From Chrysomallon squamiferum (taxonomy: Eukaryota > Animalia > Mollusca): a DNA stretch of 64,000 nt. Below the pieces are notes generated by a model, which saw only the letters and a program-made list of their open reading frames with translations, searched no databases and had not been told where the DNA came from. The stretch is taken from the NCBI GenBank assembly GCA_012295275.1, contig CM022665.1, forward strand, positions 34,968,001-35,032,000, given 5' to 3'. The position numbers and the translations under genes are program-made. This document shows positions 1 to 14,028 of this stretch, one piece after another (position 1 is the stretch's first letter; each line of letters begins with the position of its first letter).

Positions 1-2491
1 GTATATGACACACCAGAGATGCTCCAAAACTAGTTCTGTTTAATATTAAAATAACCTCTTCTTTTTATATCTGGAATTCGCAGAAACATAAATATTTGTC
101 TGTACATAGTATATGCTCGTATGTATTTATATGTAAAGTAAAAAAAAAATAAAAATAAATAAATAAGCCAAGATACTGCGGATTTTAATTTGAACCGTAT
201 CAGTTTAGATTAATAATAATTTAGATATAGGCCTAATTGGCATGTTTCCACTTTGCCGGACGCTATTGTTCTTATGTAGAAATCATTGGTGCACGCTAAT
301 CCCTAGTACAATAGGTGATTATGGTATAGTCTAATGCAATAAATAACTTTAAAAAATCGTTCAATCACTTCATCGTTCATTTTATTGCATGTGGCAAGAA
401 TTCATCATTCACATAGTTGAATTATAGTATTTCATAACATTTGTTCATTTTATTACATCTGGCAAATTCGACTTTCATAACATTCACAGTTAAAAATTAT
501 AGTCATTCATAAGATCCATTTTAACATTCACATAGGTAAAATTATAATCATAACATCCATGCCTGAAGACCTGATCGCTGAGCACCCTTCCAGATAGTCT
601 GTCGGAAGTTACTCATTTGAAACATGAATGTGTATGTGTTATCATGATACAACTGTAGTTAAGGTTACTCATTTGAACAGTTTTCATGTGAGCTGTGATC
701 GAGAGATAAGGTTAGATCAGGAAAGTATAAAGTGATTACAACCTGTATTTAGTGGAACAGACTGTAACATCCCATGCAATGGACTGTTACCATTAATCTG
801 TTCAGGCGTCCGGCAAAGTGAGGGTAAACCATTTCTTTTTTCTGGTAATTAAATTAATAAATCGTAACTCGTTTTTCTTTTTTCCTTTTGTTTTCTTGAA
901 CAAACCTCTATTACAATACTTTCACAATCCATGACATTATTATTATTATTATCTGTTGTTGTTATTAATAATTAAATATTCACTGGATTCAAAATTGCAG
1001 TTTTCATTTTCATAGTCTAAAGGGTATTAAGTGCTAAACATTGATTATTTTATAACGATGACTCATATACTGAGAAAATCCGCAGCAAGGTCGATGGGCT
1101 ATGTATATGTATATACTCTTCCATAAACAAATACAATTATTTATTATACATCTCAATAAACCAGCCATCGGGTACAGATTGGAATGTCATATTGTGCAAT
1201 GAACTGATTACCGCCCTTAACAAGCTTCGATTCAATTAAGCATAAATATATTTTTAAAAATTCATGTAACACAGTACCACTTCAAACTGTGCATTTCCCG
1301 AATAGCGGGAATCCATTGCAGAACAATCAACACTCATATAACATCAATCAACGCTTGATGCCGTGATGATAGCCTTCACAGTCACATCGCTGCATTGAGG
1401 ACAGTAATCGTTGCAAAAAAAGTTTAAAACTTTATTTTTTTTTTGGTTGTCTTTTTTTTTTGTTTGAAAATAATAATAATAATAATAACAGTGATGATGA
1501 TGATGATGATAAAGCTAGTTTTGATTACCAGCCTTACAGTCGACTCACTACTGATTAACATTTTGTTTAAGATTGTATATGCTTGGAATTAAACATTAAT
1601 CATCAGAAGAAAAAAAATTCGTCTCACGAATATTTATTTACAAATTTATATTCTAAATTAAAACCACATTTGTATCCAAATTCTGACATATATTGTTTGG
1701 TTTCTGTGATAAAAGTTTAAGATCTATATTTGACAAAATTCTTGAAGTTGTCTAGTTTATGTGAAAATCTTCAAGGACATTAGCATTTTTGTTTCTTCAT
1801 TTCGTAACAGCTAAGGAAAAGTGGCAAGAGAGAGCACTTTGTAAGGGGTGTCAAAGACTTTATAAATGTTTGTGTTTTTTCGTGTCGCTTGTATACGTAT
1901 GTACGAGAATGTTTGTGTGGTATATTCATGTACTCATATACAGACAGAGAGAGAGAGAGGACTATATAAAGATACACATTGAGCGAGACATAAATACAAA
2001 CTGAAAGAGAAGAAAAGAGACAGAAAGATACACAAAGAGAGAGAAAGATAAAAAGAGAGAGATATAAACATAACGAGAGCGATGTTTTCATCTTTAGATG
2101 ACTTATTGTGCTACTGATTCATAACCTACCTTCTAATAAATGTAGTCTTAAAAAAAAATCTTAGCTTTTATTTTCATCAAGTCAGCTTCCCTATGTTCCT
2201 TATATAAAGACATTCTGGAACCGCCCTTACATAGACTGTTGCTAAACAGTCAGTCCATGTGATAAACAGTCAGTGATAAATGTTATTTTACATAAATGCC
2301 TCTGTTTGTGAAATTATTGTTTGTTTATTTACTGATATTCGGTAGCAGAGAAATATATTTGTAGGCACTTGACAGAAAAATAAAATAACTGAACAACAGT
2401 TGTTTTTAAAAAAAAAAAAAGCAAAAAAAAAAAGCAGTATGAACATATATCCATTTTCCCCTTTTCTCTTTTTGGTTGTTTCTGTCACATT

Positions 2492-2494
<3 letters not shown>

Positions 2495-2562
<68 letters not shown>
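2495..2562. repeat. (CT)n microsatellite
   Basis: Direct reading. Confidence 0.95.
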
Positions 2563-2566
<4 letters not shown>

Positions 2567-4175
2567 CCTTTTACATTAAAAAATTGTTCATAATTAGTGT
2601 TCCAAGTATAAATCTGAAATTAATATGACGTCATACATAGATAAAGTTAATTAATATACAAATAATAAGAGATGAATTCCTCTGTCTTCACTTAATAGAT
2701 TTCTTTAATTCTATTAGCAAAAAACATATTTTATATTTTACGATCCGATCTTTTTCATTTACTTTTTTCTTTTTTAAATTCTGTATCGTAAAAAAAAAAT
2801 ACATTTTTCAGTGCTAATTATTTATTTATTTTAGTTTTTTAAATTTTTTTTGAAAGATATTTATTTTGTACACAAGCTATTTTTAATCCGTGAACTCATA
2901 CACGATGGCTAGGAGACAGAGCCGAGGCATGATAGATAACAGGATCAACTTTCATTAGTGCTCCCATTTTACAGACTGTGATGTGCTTTTTACTGACTGT
3001 GAAATATTTCTTCTTGTTAACAAAATGAAAGAAACCTAAAGCTTAATGGCAGAAAATTTGATTTCATTAACTTTATTTTTGTATGACGACACATAACCGT
3101 AATTTAAAAATTAAAGTTTCTTCCTTCATATGTATTCATTTACATTTTTTTTTTAAATTATTATTATTATTATTATTATTATTTTTTTTTTTTTTTTTTT
3201 TTTTACTGTTTTCCAAACAATTATAGCCCTTGTAATTCATAGAAATATGTATGTCTGTTTGTACCCTTGACATATGCATCAGTCCAGGTATAAGTAAACG
3301 GAAAAAGTCATTTGTTCTGTTATAAGTGTTGTCTTGGTAGGGATTCAATCCATTATGATTGTCACGAGCTCGTCTTTCAGGGAAAACCGGTATTTTAAAG
3401 CTGTTTTATTAATTTCGCTTCAGTTGATCTTAGTTAAGAAGAGAGATAAAGCTTTGAAATACAAGGACAATTATTTATTCCATGGCTTTGTATACAACTG
3501 AGTTGGGCATTTTAAATTTCTGTTATTTCAGTTTTTGGAGAGAACTGTTTCGTTTGCTGAATATTGTAGTTATAATAATGATAACTAATTAGTAGTTAAA
3601 TATAATCTGGGTAGAAATTTTAATTTGATTTGTTTAACTCCGTTACAATGATTTTGTGTTTTATGGCTAGGTTATCAAAATAATTATATTGCTTCTGCTA
3701 TCACCACTGCAGCTACTACTACTACGATTATTACTGTTACAACAGCAACAACAACTGCTACTACTGTGAAAATATTTATGATGTGGTTAGCGCATTTTTT
3801 AATTGTTTGATTCAATTAAATGTACCACAAGTACTGCAAATATTAAAGCAGTACTGTACATTAATATCGTTAAATATGCAAAGAAGTTGCTGAATTTTGC
3901 TGAGGATTCATTTACATAACATTTTCCCCCTAAAAAAACTAAACAGATACTGAAATATCAGTAAAGTTTTTAAAAAAAATTAAAATATATATATATATAT
4001 TAATGGGATTTTGTGTTCCCATTTTTAAAATTTTATTATTATTATTAAATATATGCTAATCTTCCCATCTGACCCATTTAACGGCGCATAATTAATAATC
4101 GGTATAATTTAAGCAACCAAGTCAAACAACTAAATATTATCTGACCAGGTGACTAATATGAGTGCTGTATTAAAA

Positions 4176-4206
<31 letters not shown>

Positions 4207-5458
4207 GCCTCGTTTCGTTTCATGTAAATGTTCCTGTTTTTAAATTACTCACAGTTTTCGGTGCGAAGCTGCATATCTTCTCGCAGCTTTAGAGGGTAAT
4301 TTAAACCACCATGTTGACTTTTTTAACCTCAGAATCTTATACTTCTTAATAGAGTGTCTAGCAGAATAATAACATCCTTAAATAGAATTAATATTTTCAT
4401 TTTGAAATTCATCCTATTAATGTTGATATATATACATATTTATTTTTTTAATTTCTTCCTTTCTTTCTTTATTTATTTAAAACTATCTTTTTCTTTAAAA
4501 TAAAATACCATAAATAATCACGAAATATCAATGCTTTTAATGCAGTTATTAATATCCTCAGACTTTGGTATAAAACCACAAACGGACTTCTTATATTCTT
4601 GTTAATTAACATGTGTCCTGCAAAGCTGTGACGAATTATATTTAATGCTCAGTGAAGTGAAATTTAGTATACCTTTATTAGACATATTATACATTGCAAT
4701 AAACACAAATATTTAATGTTCTTCGGTCTAAATAAGATATACATAGTTTAATAAAAGAAACGAAATGGCATGTTTAAAATATCATAAGAGCAAATCAGTA
4801 TTGGTACTTCAGTTACTGTTGCTACAACGACATCTGCCACTACTACCATTATGCATAATGTTACTGCTTCTTCTTCCAATACTACTGCTGCTGCTAATTC
4901 TACTGCTAGTACTGCTTGTTATATTGCTATTATTATTGCTAGAACTATTGTTAGTATATAATTTGTAGCATCAAGTATTTCTACAACGCTTACTACCAGT
5001 ATATCTTCTACAACTACAGCTACTGCTACTGCTACTCCTATAAAGACAACAACAACAACAACAACAACAATAATAATAATAATAATAATAATAATAAGGA
5101 ATATATAAAAATAGTAACATTAGTACACGAAAAACAGTCAAGTTAATTAAAAACTTTCAAAATATTGTTTTCCGGTAGCCATTTAGGTTATCCCTCGCCT
5201 ACCGGTCATTTTTATTTTTATTATTATTATTTTTTTATTAACTATTATGCAACGCGAAATTATAATGAAAAATGAGTCTGAAAAATGGATTTCATTGTCA
5301 GAAAGTGTTGGACAACGATAATGACAGGCTGCCGATATTTGTCATTAATAGCTGTGCCATCTTTAGATCTGTTAATAGTTATTTGATCTTTAGGCAAGGT
5401 CATTGTGATACGGGGACGGCAGGCAGTGGACGTAAATTATTATTTTATCTACATTTAC

Positions 5459-5460
<2 letters not shown>

Positions 5461-5528
<68 letters not shown>
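5461..5528. repeat. (GA)n microsatellite
   Basis: Direct reading. Confidence 0.95.
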
Positions 5529-5531
<3 letters not shown>

Positions 5532-7029
5532 AAGACAGACTGATAGGTATTCCCCATCTTTCAGTCTAAATCATTTAAATAATCGAAAAAAAGTACCAGT
5601 AATATATTTCAGGACATTCTTAAATATTACTATTCACTTTTGTATTCAAATTTTAATTAAAAGTTCTTTTCTTGTTTAGGAACTTGACAATTTTATTGTT
5701 TACATAATAGCTTTTCTTAATATGAGCCAAAATACATATATATATATATATATGTATTTTGGTTCATGTCATAACTGTACTGAAAGATCCATCGCACTCT
5801 TTCAACTCATATGATGCTTAATCAGTGTAACTGAACAGATGTCAGCCATTTTGAAAATTGCTTGTTCATTCTTCTCGGATCAGCTGTAGGTTTATTTTTT
5901 CAACGTCTTTGTCACGCTGTTGAGACTAGGAAAACACATGTACGTGGTTGTTTGGCAGGCTAGTGTCAATCAGTGACATGGCTGAACGAATCCATTCATG
6001 ACAAACTCGACAATAGAGTCTTTGAAATTATAGGCTATGAGGTCGAGAAGCTTCTTCAGGTTCAAACTGGCTCGTATCGGAACGAGTTTTTGAGGAGGGG
6101 GAGATGTCTTTGTACGGATGTGGATCATTTTTAGGGTCAAGATGATTCATAGAAAATCTGTTGTAATGTTGGTCACGGTGACTAGTCTGAGTGGTATTAC
6201 TACCTAAAATTAGGCTGGCCCCGTCTAAAGGGTAGCAGACCATAATAGCGTCACTTGACAAGGTGTTAATTATCTGAGACAGCTTAAACTAGTAAATGAC
6301 TATTCTGTATCCACTAGAAAACAATATCACAAACCAGAATTCAGTATGTCTATTTGTTTTATTTATATACAGATTTATCATAAATTAACCCTCAAGGGTA
6401 AGATATATTGATATAGTTAAATCGTACGATTCGACGATACGTTGTCAAAGCAAATAGCGCTGACAAATAATACAAAACTTGGTTACTTGATCTTTCTAAA
6501 TAATCTTTTTAATTATTAAAATAACTTATCTTTGTTTTATAAATGTAAGTACGTACCACAGAATAACACTATAAAAATTCAACAGTAATAGATTTAGCTA
6601 TCTTAAATCATTCAAGATGTATGTTACATATACAAAACATTAAAACATATTTACCATTGTCTGCGTTTTCCTTTGTCTTGTGCAGACGGCCCACAGACAA
6701 AATTTCTCATTGAACCTTGACGTTTTTTAATCTGAGTGTGTGGGTATAATATGTGTTTGTCTGAGAGACAGTTTGACTTTCTGTACGAATCTATTGTTTG
6801 TTTACTTCGTATTTGTGTTTATTTGTGTTTTATGTCTCTATATTTCTCTCCTTCATGTCTGATCGTTTGGTTTGGTAATTTCTATGCAAAATTTATTGAC
6901 CTTGGAGTTACGGTTAATCGCTCTTACCACAATTTTGAGTAAATAAACTTTAGCATGAAAGTGAACCGACTGAAGCCATAATAATAAATACAACAAAATT
7001 ATTACATATAACAAATGTTACTATTACTG

Positions 7030-7072
<43 letters not shown>

Positions 7073-7115
7073 ATCCACAACTAATACGTCTGTTGCTACA
7101 AGTACTAATACCACC

Positions 7116-7389
7116 GGTTGTAGGAAAAAAATGGCACTCGAAAAAAATGGCACCTGGAAGAAATTGCATTATGCAGATTTGGAACAAATGGCACCTTATT
7201 TATTTTTTCTATATAGTTGCTTTGATTAAAAATTTTAAAAGTACTTTTGAAAATACAGTCTATTCATGTAATATTGTTACATACATATATATTTATATAT
7301 AGCATCACTCAGCCACTTGGTTTTGCTTAACTCAGTACTATATCAGAGTTTAATATTACACATATACACATATATATGCACACACATGC

Positions 7390-7428
<39 letters not shown>

Positions 7429-8021
7429 TATGTATGCTTTCACACATGCATAGATGAATGAGTACATTCATACAGATGTGTACCTAATGTTAAAATGATA
7501 TCATTCTGAAGGATATGGTATGTATATTTACATTAGATACATCTATATGAACATGTCTGCATGTATGAACGTACTAGTGCATCTATATACGCGTGTAAGT
7601 ATACAAATATGTATATATGCATATGTATGAATGTGTGTATATATGTGTGTGTGTGTGTCTGTGTGTATATGTACAGGGTGTCCACAAAGTCTGGGTACAT
7701 AAGTAAAATAAATAGGTTGTCTATTAGGGTGTCTAAGGTTGAATTCTTCTGCAACTTTGCGATAAGACCATCCTTCTCGTCCACTTAAGAGTACCAACTC
7801 GATTCTTTCTTCTTTAGACAGAGCCATCATTCGATCTGGGTAAGTAAAATAACATAAATAAATAACATAGTAAAATTCCCCATGTACCCAGACTTTGTGG
7901 ACACCCTGTATGTATATATATATACATATACATATACATACATATATATATATACATATACATACACACACACATACATATATATATATACACGTATGTG
8001 TTTGTGTGTACGTATAATATA

Positions 8022-8052
<31 letters not shown>

Positions 8053-8346
8053 GTGTGTGCATATGTATTTATGTGTGTGTGTGTGTATATATGTAGATGT
8101 ATATGTGTAATATTAAACTCTGATATAACACTGTATTTTGTTAAGCAAAACCAAGTGGCTGAGTGATGCTATATATAAATATACATGTATGTAACAATAT
8201 TGCATGAATAAACCGTATTTTCAAAAGTACTTTTAAGTTTTTTTTTTAAAGCAGCTATACAGAAAAAATAAATAAGGTGCCATTTTTTCCAAATCTGCAC
8301 AATGCCATTTCTCCCAGGTGCCATTTTTTCCGTACCCCAACAAACC
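7116..8346. mobile_element. Foldback-type non-autonomous DNA element with ~250-bp inverted arms
   Basis: About 7116-7370 is the diverged reverse complement of about 8095-8346 (repeated AAAAAATGGCAC motifs, AGCATCACTCAGCCACTTGGTTTTGCTTAAC); the centre is TA/CA microsatellite; TSD not clear. Confidence 0.8.
7674..7908 (-). mobile_element. Tc1/mariner internal-deletion derivative (235 bp) nested in the foldback element
   Basis: Perfect 27-bp TIRs CAGGGTGTCCACAAAGTCTGGGTACAT, TA TSD; minus strand retains the transposase N-terminal HTH start MMALSKEERIELVLLSGREGWSYRKVAEEFNLRHPNR from 7830. Confidence 0.92.
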
Positions 8347-8459
8347 ACCACTACGTATAAAATACTGCACCAGTAGGACAGTTGCTATTACTACTGCTAC
8401 TGCTACTAATCTTGATCTAAACCAAAGATCAGTAAATTAATATGTAGCTCTGTTGTCCT

Positions 8460-8900
8460 GATGAATCGTCATGTGATATGTACTTCTATTAGGATTTTTA
8501 ACTGAGATCGTCACTCAACGTGTACTTCTGGTATCTTTTTAACTGAGATCCTCGTATGACTAGAATACCTCTAATGGTATTTTTAAATGAGAACATTATA
8601 CTAGTGTATTTCTAAAGGTATTTTTAACTGAGATCGTGATAATACGACTAATACACGTCTAATAGTATTTGTAACTGAACACGTATATGATATTTTTAAC
8701 TGAAATAATCATATAACAAGTGCCCTCTAATAACATATGTACTACTGATGTTTTAAACTGAGATCGTATATGAAAGGTGTACTTTTGTTATTTCTAAAAT
8801 GAAATCATTATATGACTAATACCTGTAATATTATTTTTGGCTAAGAATATCATATGACAAAAATATCTGAAGTAGATTTTTAACTGAAACAGTAATATAA
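8460..8900. repeat. Degenerate ~42-bp minisatellite (core TTTTAACTGAGATCGT)
   Basis: The core recurs about 10 times at roughly 40-45 bp spacing. Confidence 0.7.
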
Positions 8901-10909
8901 TAAGTAAAGCTCTCGTATTCTTATTATCTATTATTATCTATGAATTATAACTAGCAAACGCCTAACAGTATTGTTATTGAATATAACAAGCGTTCTCGTA
9001 ACACTATCAGTAGTGTATCTGAGTCACGTGCTCTGGGTGCCACTGGAAGGAGGGTGCTAGTGATTTATTATGGTAAATTTATCTAAAAGATGGAAGTCAG
9101 ATATTTTGATAGGGGCACTGTTTCAATGCTTGCTAAAGGTTTTATTTTCCACAGAGATGCCCCCAAACAGTACTGTTAACAAAAAATTTAATCAACAGAT
9201 AATACTGTTGTCGATTATGAAATATAAGCTTTATTGTCATAGGAGTGTTGTTAAGTAAACAACATAACCAGCGAACATGTTATTAAGTACGAAATATAAC
9301 AGGTGCATTCATAATAATGATGTTTGCTAAAAAATATAAATTATGTACTTGTAATAGTGTTGTGAGGTATGAAATAAAATCGGTGTATTCATAATAGTGT
9401 TGCCAGCTACAAAATACAACTGGTGAACTCGTAACAGTGTTGTTAATTATGAAATATAACCAGCGGATTCCTGCTCTAACTCGAACATTAGGGCGCAGGA
9501 TCAATCCTGCTCCATGTACTCACTTAGCTTTTTCTCGTCGTGTTCCGTACGTGTCTGTGATAATATGCTTATAGAAGTAAACAACCACGAAATGAAACTT
9601 AGTGTCCAGGTCTGCCTGTGTGGATTAGATTTAATACAAAATAGTTGACGAGGCACACTTACACCTTTTACTTATTTATTTATTTTTCTGTTGCCTGTTT
9701 GTTTCTTCTTTTTCTTCTTCTTTTTTTTTTCTCTCTTCTTCTTCTTCTTCTTAAGATCTAAAATAATTCAGGGAAGTTTCAACAAGAGACCCACACCCTA
9801 AATAACCGGGGATTAACAGGCAAACATGACATCATATTAAAAAAATTCTTCACTCCCTTTTACACGCAACAAGTGCTTCTTTGTTCGTTTTTACCAGGAA
9901 TATATATCTACAAGAAGTTGGTTAGTAGGTAAATATTTACTATTCATATAATCTTTCACAGCTAATCCAAGCGGGCGATTCAACACAAAAAGCCAGAACC
10001 ACCATCTAACCCAGTTCGTGCTTGCTTACAAAATGACGGTATCAAAAATAACATTGGTTACACAAATTGCTTACATTGGGATATTACAATGGTATTGTGA
10101 AGAACAAACACACATATATGTACGTAATAAATATACACGTATATACATACACACAGATATACACAAACACACATACATGCACTCATACACACATATACGC
10201 TTTACACATTTATACACATATGTACATATATTCGTACATACGCACATTTATAATATAATTATATGTATATATTGTTACAAAGTTCTGACGATGATCTGCA
10301 ATATTTGACCCAGTAAAGGTCGCGATCGTGATGTTTGATAAAAAACAATAACAAAATAAAAACAACCCCCCCCCAAAAAAAAACATGTATATATGTGTAT
10401 ATGTGTGAATGTATGTATGCATGTATACATGTGTATATGTATGTGTATGAACGTAGATATGTATATGTAATACTTTGCGCGGATAAACGCACACACAACG
10501 TGTGTAAACTTTTGTCTTCTTTAAAAGGTCTTCTTTAACAGGTTTACAGAGTTTTATAATCAGCATGAAATTTGAATCGTTTCCAGTATCATTCAGGATT
10601 GTACTACATCAAGATAAATAACAAATATGGTCAGATTTCAAACAGTTAGATGGCAGAAATGAAATAATGCATTTTTAATAGAAACACATTTGAAAAGAAA
10701 AATAAACATCAAAGCTTTGAAGAAAATAAACGAAAGCTTTGAAAATACAAAACAAGCAAAAAGAAAACAAAACAAAGTTTCAGAAAAGGAATGTCACTGA
10801 ATATAATTTAAAGACAAAGACAGTTTCGCGTATGTTTGTAAGTATGTAGTTGTGAAATGTATGTTTGTACATGTCTATTAGTGTATAGCTTACGCTAAAG
10901 GTACTGTCA

Positions 10910-10914
<5 letters not shown>

Positions 10915-10974
<60 letters not shown>
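10915..10974. repeat. (GA)n microsatellite
   Basis: Direct reading. Confidence 0.95.
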
Positions 10975-10977
<3 letters not shown>

Positions 10978-11529
10978 TAAAATAATAAACAAATAATTCT
11001 ACTTCTAATATTAAAATGCTTCTCTTTTACTTAAACCAGTCATAAAACTGATTTACTTTGTTTCTGATCTGGACAGGGGCTATCAGGTGTCGTTAATGTC
11101 AGAATCTTTATTCTTGTAGAAATAAACTTTACAGACCATTGTTTATCAAAGCAGACGTAGCCGCACCTTGATAATAAAAACTTTGGAAATTTTAACGGAC
11201 ATTTCACAGATGGGTCATGTAAACTGCAAACCAATTACACTTGTTTGTGTTAATTTTGGACATTATCAAACATCGGTGATAAATAATCGGTGTCAGATTA
11301 TGCGTGGGTGTTGACCTTATGATTTGAAAAGACTTCGGATCATTTTACACACTGTTTTGTTCTGCCTAGTACGGGTATAAATAAATGATTTCCGATATTT
11401 GTTTAACAACTATAAATAGTTTAATAATAACCTTTTTTATGGGCAATAAATCATAAATGTATGAAGGAGGAAACTTATTACCGCCACTGATTTTATTATT
11501 TTTATTTTGTTTTTATATATATATTTTTT

Positions 11530-11668
11530 TTTACCGTATATGCGCCTTCTCATACAGTGAGAGGCGATGACTGGAATGGGAAAAAGACCAGTGGGCGTAC
11601 TGAGGAGTACAGATTCTACTGTCCCTTACGCCTCTTATTAGCATACTAACTACTGGGCAACAGCCCAC
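11530..11668 (-). mobile_element. Decayed tRNA-derived SINE fragment (Nin/Deu-type)
   Basis: Resembles, from memory, the reverse complement of the SINE head and 'gggctatttctcgttccagccagt' region; heavily diverged. Confidence 0.4.
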
Positions 11669-11910
11669 TGTCGTGTTACTGATAGGTTTTGTTCAGCATA
11701 AAAATTAAAATTCGCTTTCAAAGATGAATGACTATTTTGTGTTGGCTATTAGGTTTATGATACTTTCACTCGCAATATTATCTGATGATTAAATTATGCA
11801 TCAGAATATACATCTCGAATATTAATTGAGAGGTTAAAAACTGTTACAATATATTCTCTTTAAATAATTCACTTAAATATTAACAGGGAAAACGACCCAA
11901 AGTCCCAGAC

Positions 11911-12268
11911 CAGTATTTCTCAGTCCGTTTTGTCCCACGCCTCACTTCGTTTGTACGCCCCATCATGACAGGATACACTACAGCACATACTATATATGTA
12001 GTGAAAAGGTGAGTCATAGTGGCGAATGATAGTGGCAGTAAATACAAGGGCAGGCCTTAACTGGCAGATTAACTAATAAGAGCGCAGTGAGGCTGTTTTT
12101 AGTTATGATATAATGGGGTATCAGTCGCAGCTACAAACGTATTAAAATTTTAACGTGAAAGCTGTGAAAGCTATCGTATTTTGATTCATTAATTCTGAAT
12201 CTTTATGCTCCACCAGATTACTGTCACACCCCATTTTCTGGGTGTGCACCACACCTTGAAAAAGACTG
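11911..12268. mobile_element. hAT (Charlie-like) MITE
   Basis: TIR CAGTATTTCTCA / TGAAAAAGACTG, 8-bp TSD TCCCAGAC / TCCTAGAC (1 mismatch). Confidence 0.75.
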
Positions 12269-12421
12269 TCCTAGACTATGCACCAAACAGAACCTCCACT
12301 GAATAAAAATACGTTTTCAAAAAGGTGGACAGGCTACTGAACTGCAATTCATTTTTTATTTTATTTTTCCTTCAGAATGATAAAGTCGTCATAGAAGTTG
12401 AACTGTGATGAGAATAAAAAC

Positions 12422-12494
12422 ATGTATGTAACAACGAGACTCATTTTGATTGCTGGTTTCCTCTTTTATACATCATCTATCATCAGAGTTACAG
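12422..12494 (+). CDS. aGPCR exon 1 (signal peptide)
   Basis: MYVTTRLILIAGFLFYTSSIIRVT(A); acceptor ttcag ends at 12375, so the exon includes 5'UTR from 12376; donor G|gtaaat, phase 1. Confidence 0.8.
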
Positions 12495-13986
12495 GTAAAT
12501 ATATATGTAGTTATTAACAGAAAGAAACATGACAGTTTATTATGTATAAATATTGTTAATAATTTTCACGTTAAATATTATTTCTTCATTTCTTTAGTTT
12601 TCTTTATTTCGTTCTTTCTTTTATTATTATTATTATTATTATTATTAAGAGGATGAAATATGACAAGTTATTACATAAAACATTAATTTTATTGTTAAAC
12701 TTTAATTATTTTTTATTTTTATTTATTTATTTTTATTTATTTATTTTTATTTAGCTCTTATATGCCAACCTAAGATTGAGGTTGATTTTTCAAACACGTC
12801 TGATGGTCAGGATGCAGTCATCTGCTTTGATACTGAAATGCTGTGTAGTGATACTAATTTGACTTACTTTTTACCACACGAGTTTTCCAATCAGTTTTCT
12901 ATCAATGTTTCATCAGGCAACTGTTTAAATAGCATAGCATCAGCTGCTGACCCAGTGATTTGTGTAAGTAATAATTAGTTTCCATAATATGTAAACATTT
13001 AGAACAATGATTTAAATAATAATAATTATTATTATTAGTGTTAGTATTATTTATTTATTTATTTTTTATATATATTTTTTTTTTTTTTTCTGGAGTGAGG
13101 CAAAGTTAAAATTCCTATAATCAAATAACAAAAACAATAAAAAAAAAAAAATTATAAAAAAGTAAAAATGATAAAAATAGAAATAAATAAATAAATAAAA
13201 TAAAATAAAATAAAATAAAATAAAATAAACAAACAAACAAATAAATTTTAAAAATAAAAACTGTGTATTATTCCTTCTTCTAATATTATTACTATTACTG
13301 TTGTTGTTGTTGCTATTATTATTGTTATTATTATTGTTATTATTATTATTATTATTACTGTGACTATTGTTTTTATTATTATTACAGATAAACATCTCTG
13401 CCCAAGAAACTGAAAATGAAAACAATACAAGTAATTTTGAAGTGTGTATTATCTTCAACCAACCTCCAGTGTTTGGCACAGTCACTGAACCTAACATCAT
13501 CAACGTAGCAGTAACAAGTTTGCCACTCAACATCTCCATCCCGTTGAATATAAAACCTGATAAAATTAACACCTTCACAGTTACAGGTAAATAAGTGTCG
13601 GTGTAATTAGTGAATGTAGACATAGGTGAACTCATAGACTGAATGTCACAATAATGCTGTGCTATATAGCAAACATTGTCATGTTCTTACCTGATTCGTT
13701 ACTAAATTAATTTCTCAGTTTTTATAATACTTTCTATGTACATCATACAAGTTAAAAAGAAGGAAGCATAATGCAATTATATTAAATATCTATTGAAAAT
13801 TTATTAACAATAAAATGCTGAAATGATTATTATTTTCTTTTGTAAGTGGGTATTATTATAATCATCATAACTGTCATTATCATCATAAATATTACTATAT
13901 CATCACTAGTATTATTTATTCTATTATCATAATCATTATCATTATTATCATCATCTTTATTATCATATTTATATTAATTATTATTA

Positions 13987-14028
<42 letters not shown>

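Noticed and set aside
6028-6261. GC-richer minus-strand ORF (77 aa)
   Set aside because: No recognisable domain or splice chain; more likely a retroelement remnant, but I cannot assign it.
8460-8900. Regularly spaced repeats superficially like a CRISPR array
   Set aside because: Eukaryotic intron-rich context, degenerate repeats, mutually related spacers and no cas genes.
1780-11234. Many 60-140 aa ORFs in the first 11 kb (poly-L, ERER, YIYI, SLSL types)
   Set aside because: They are translations of microsatellites or transposon arms with no domain signal or exon chain; only the mariner HTH fragment is real.
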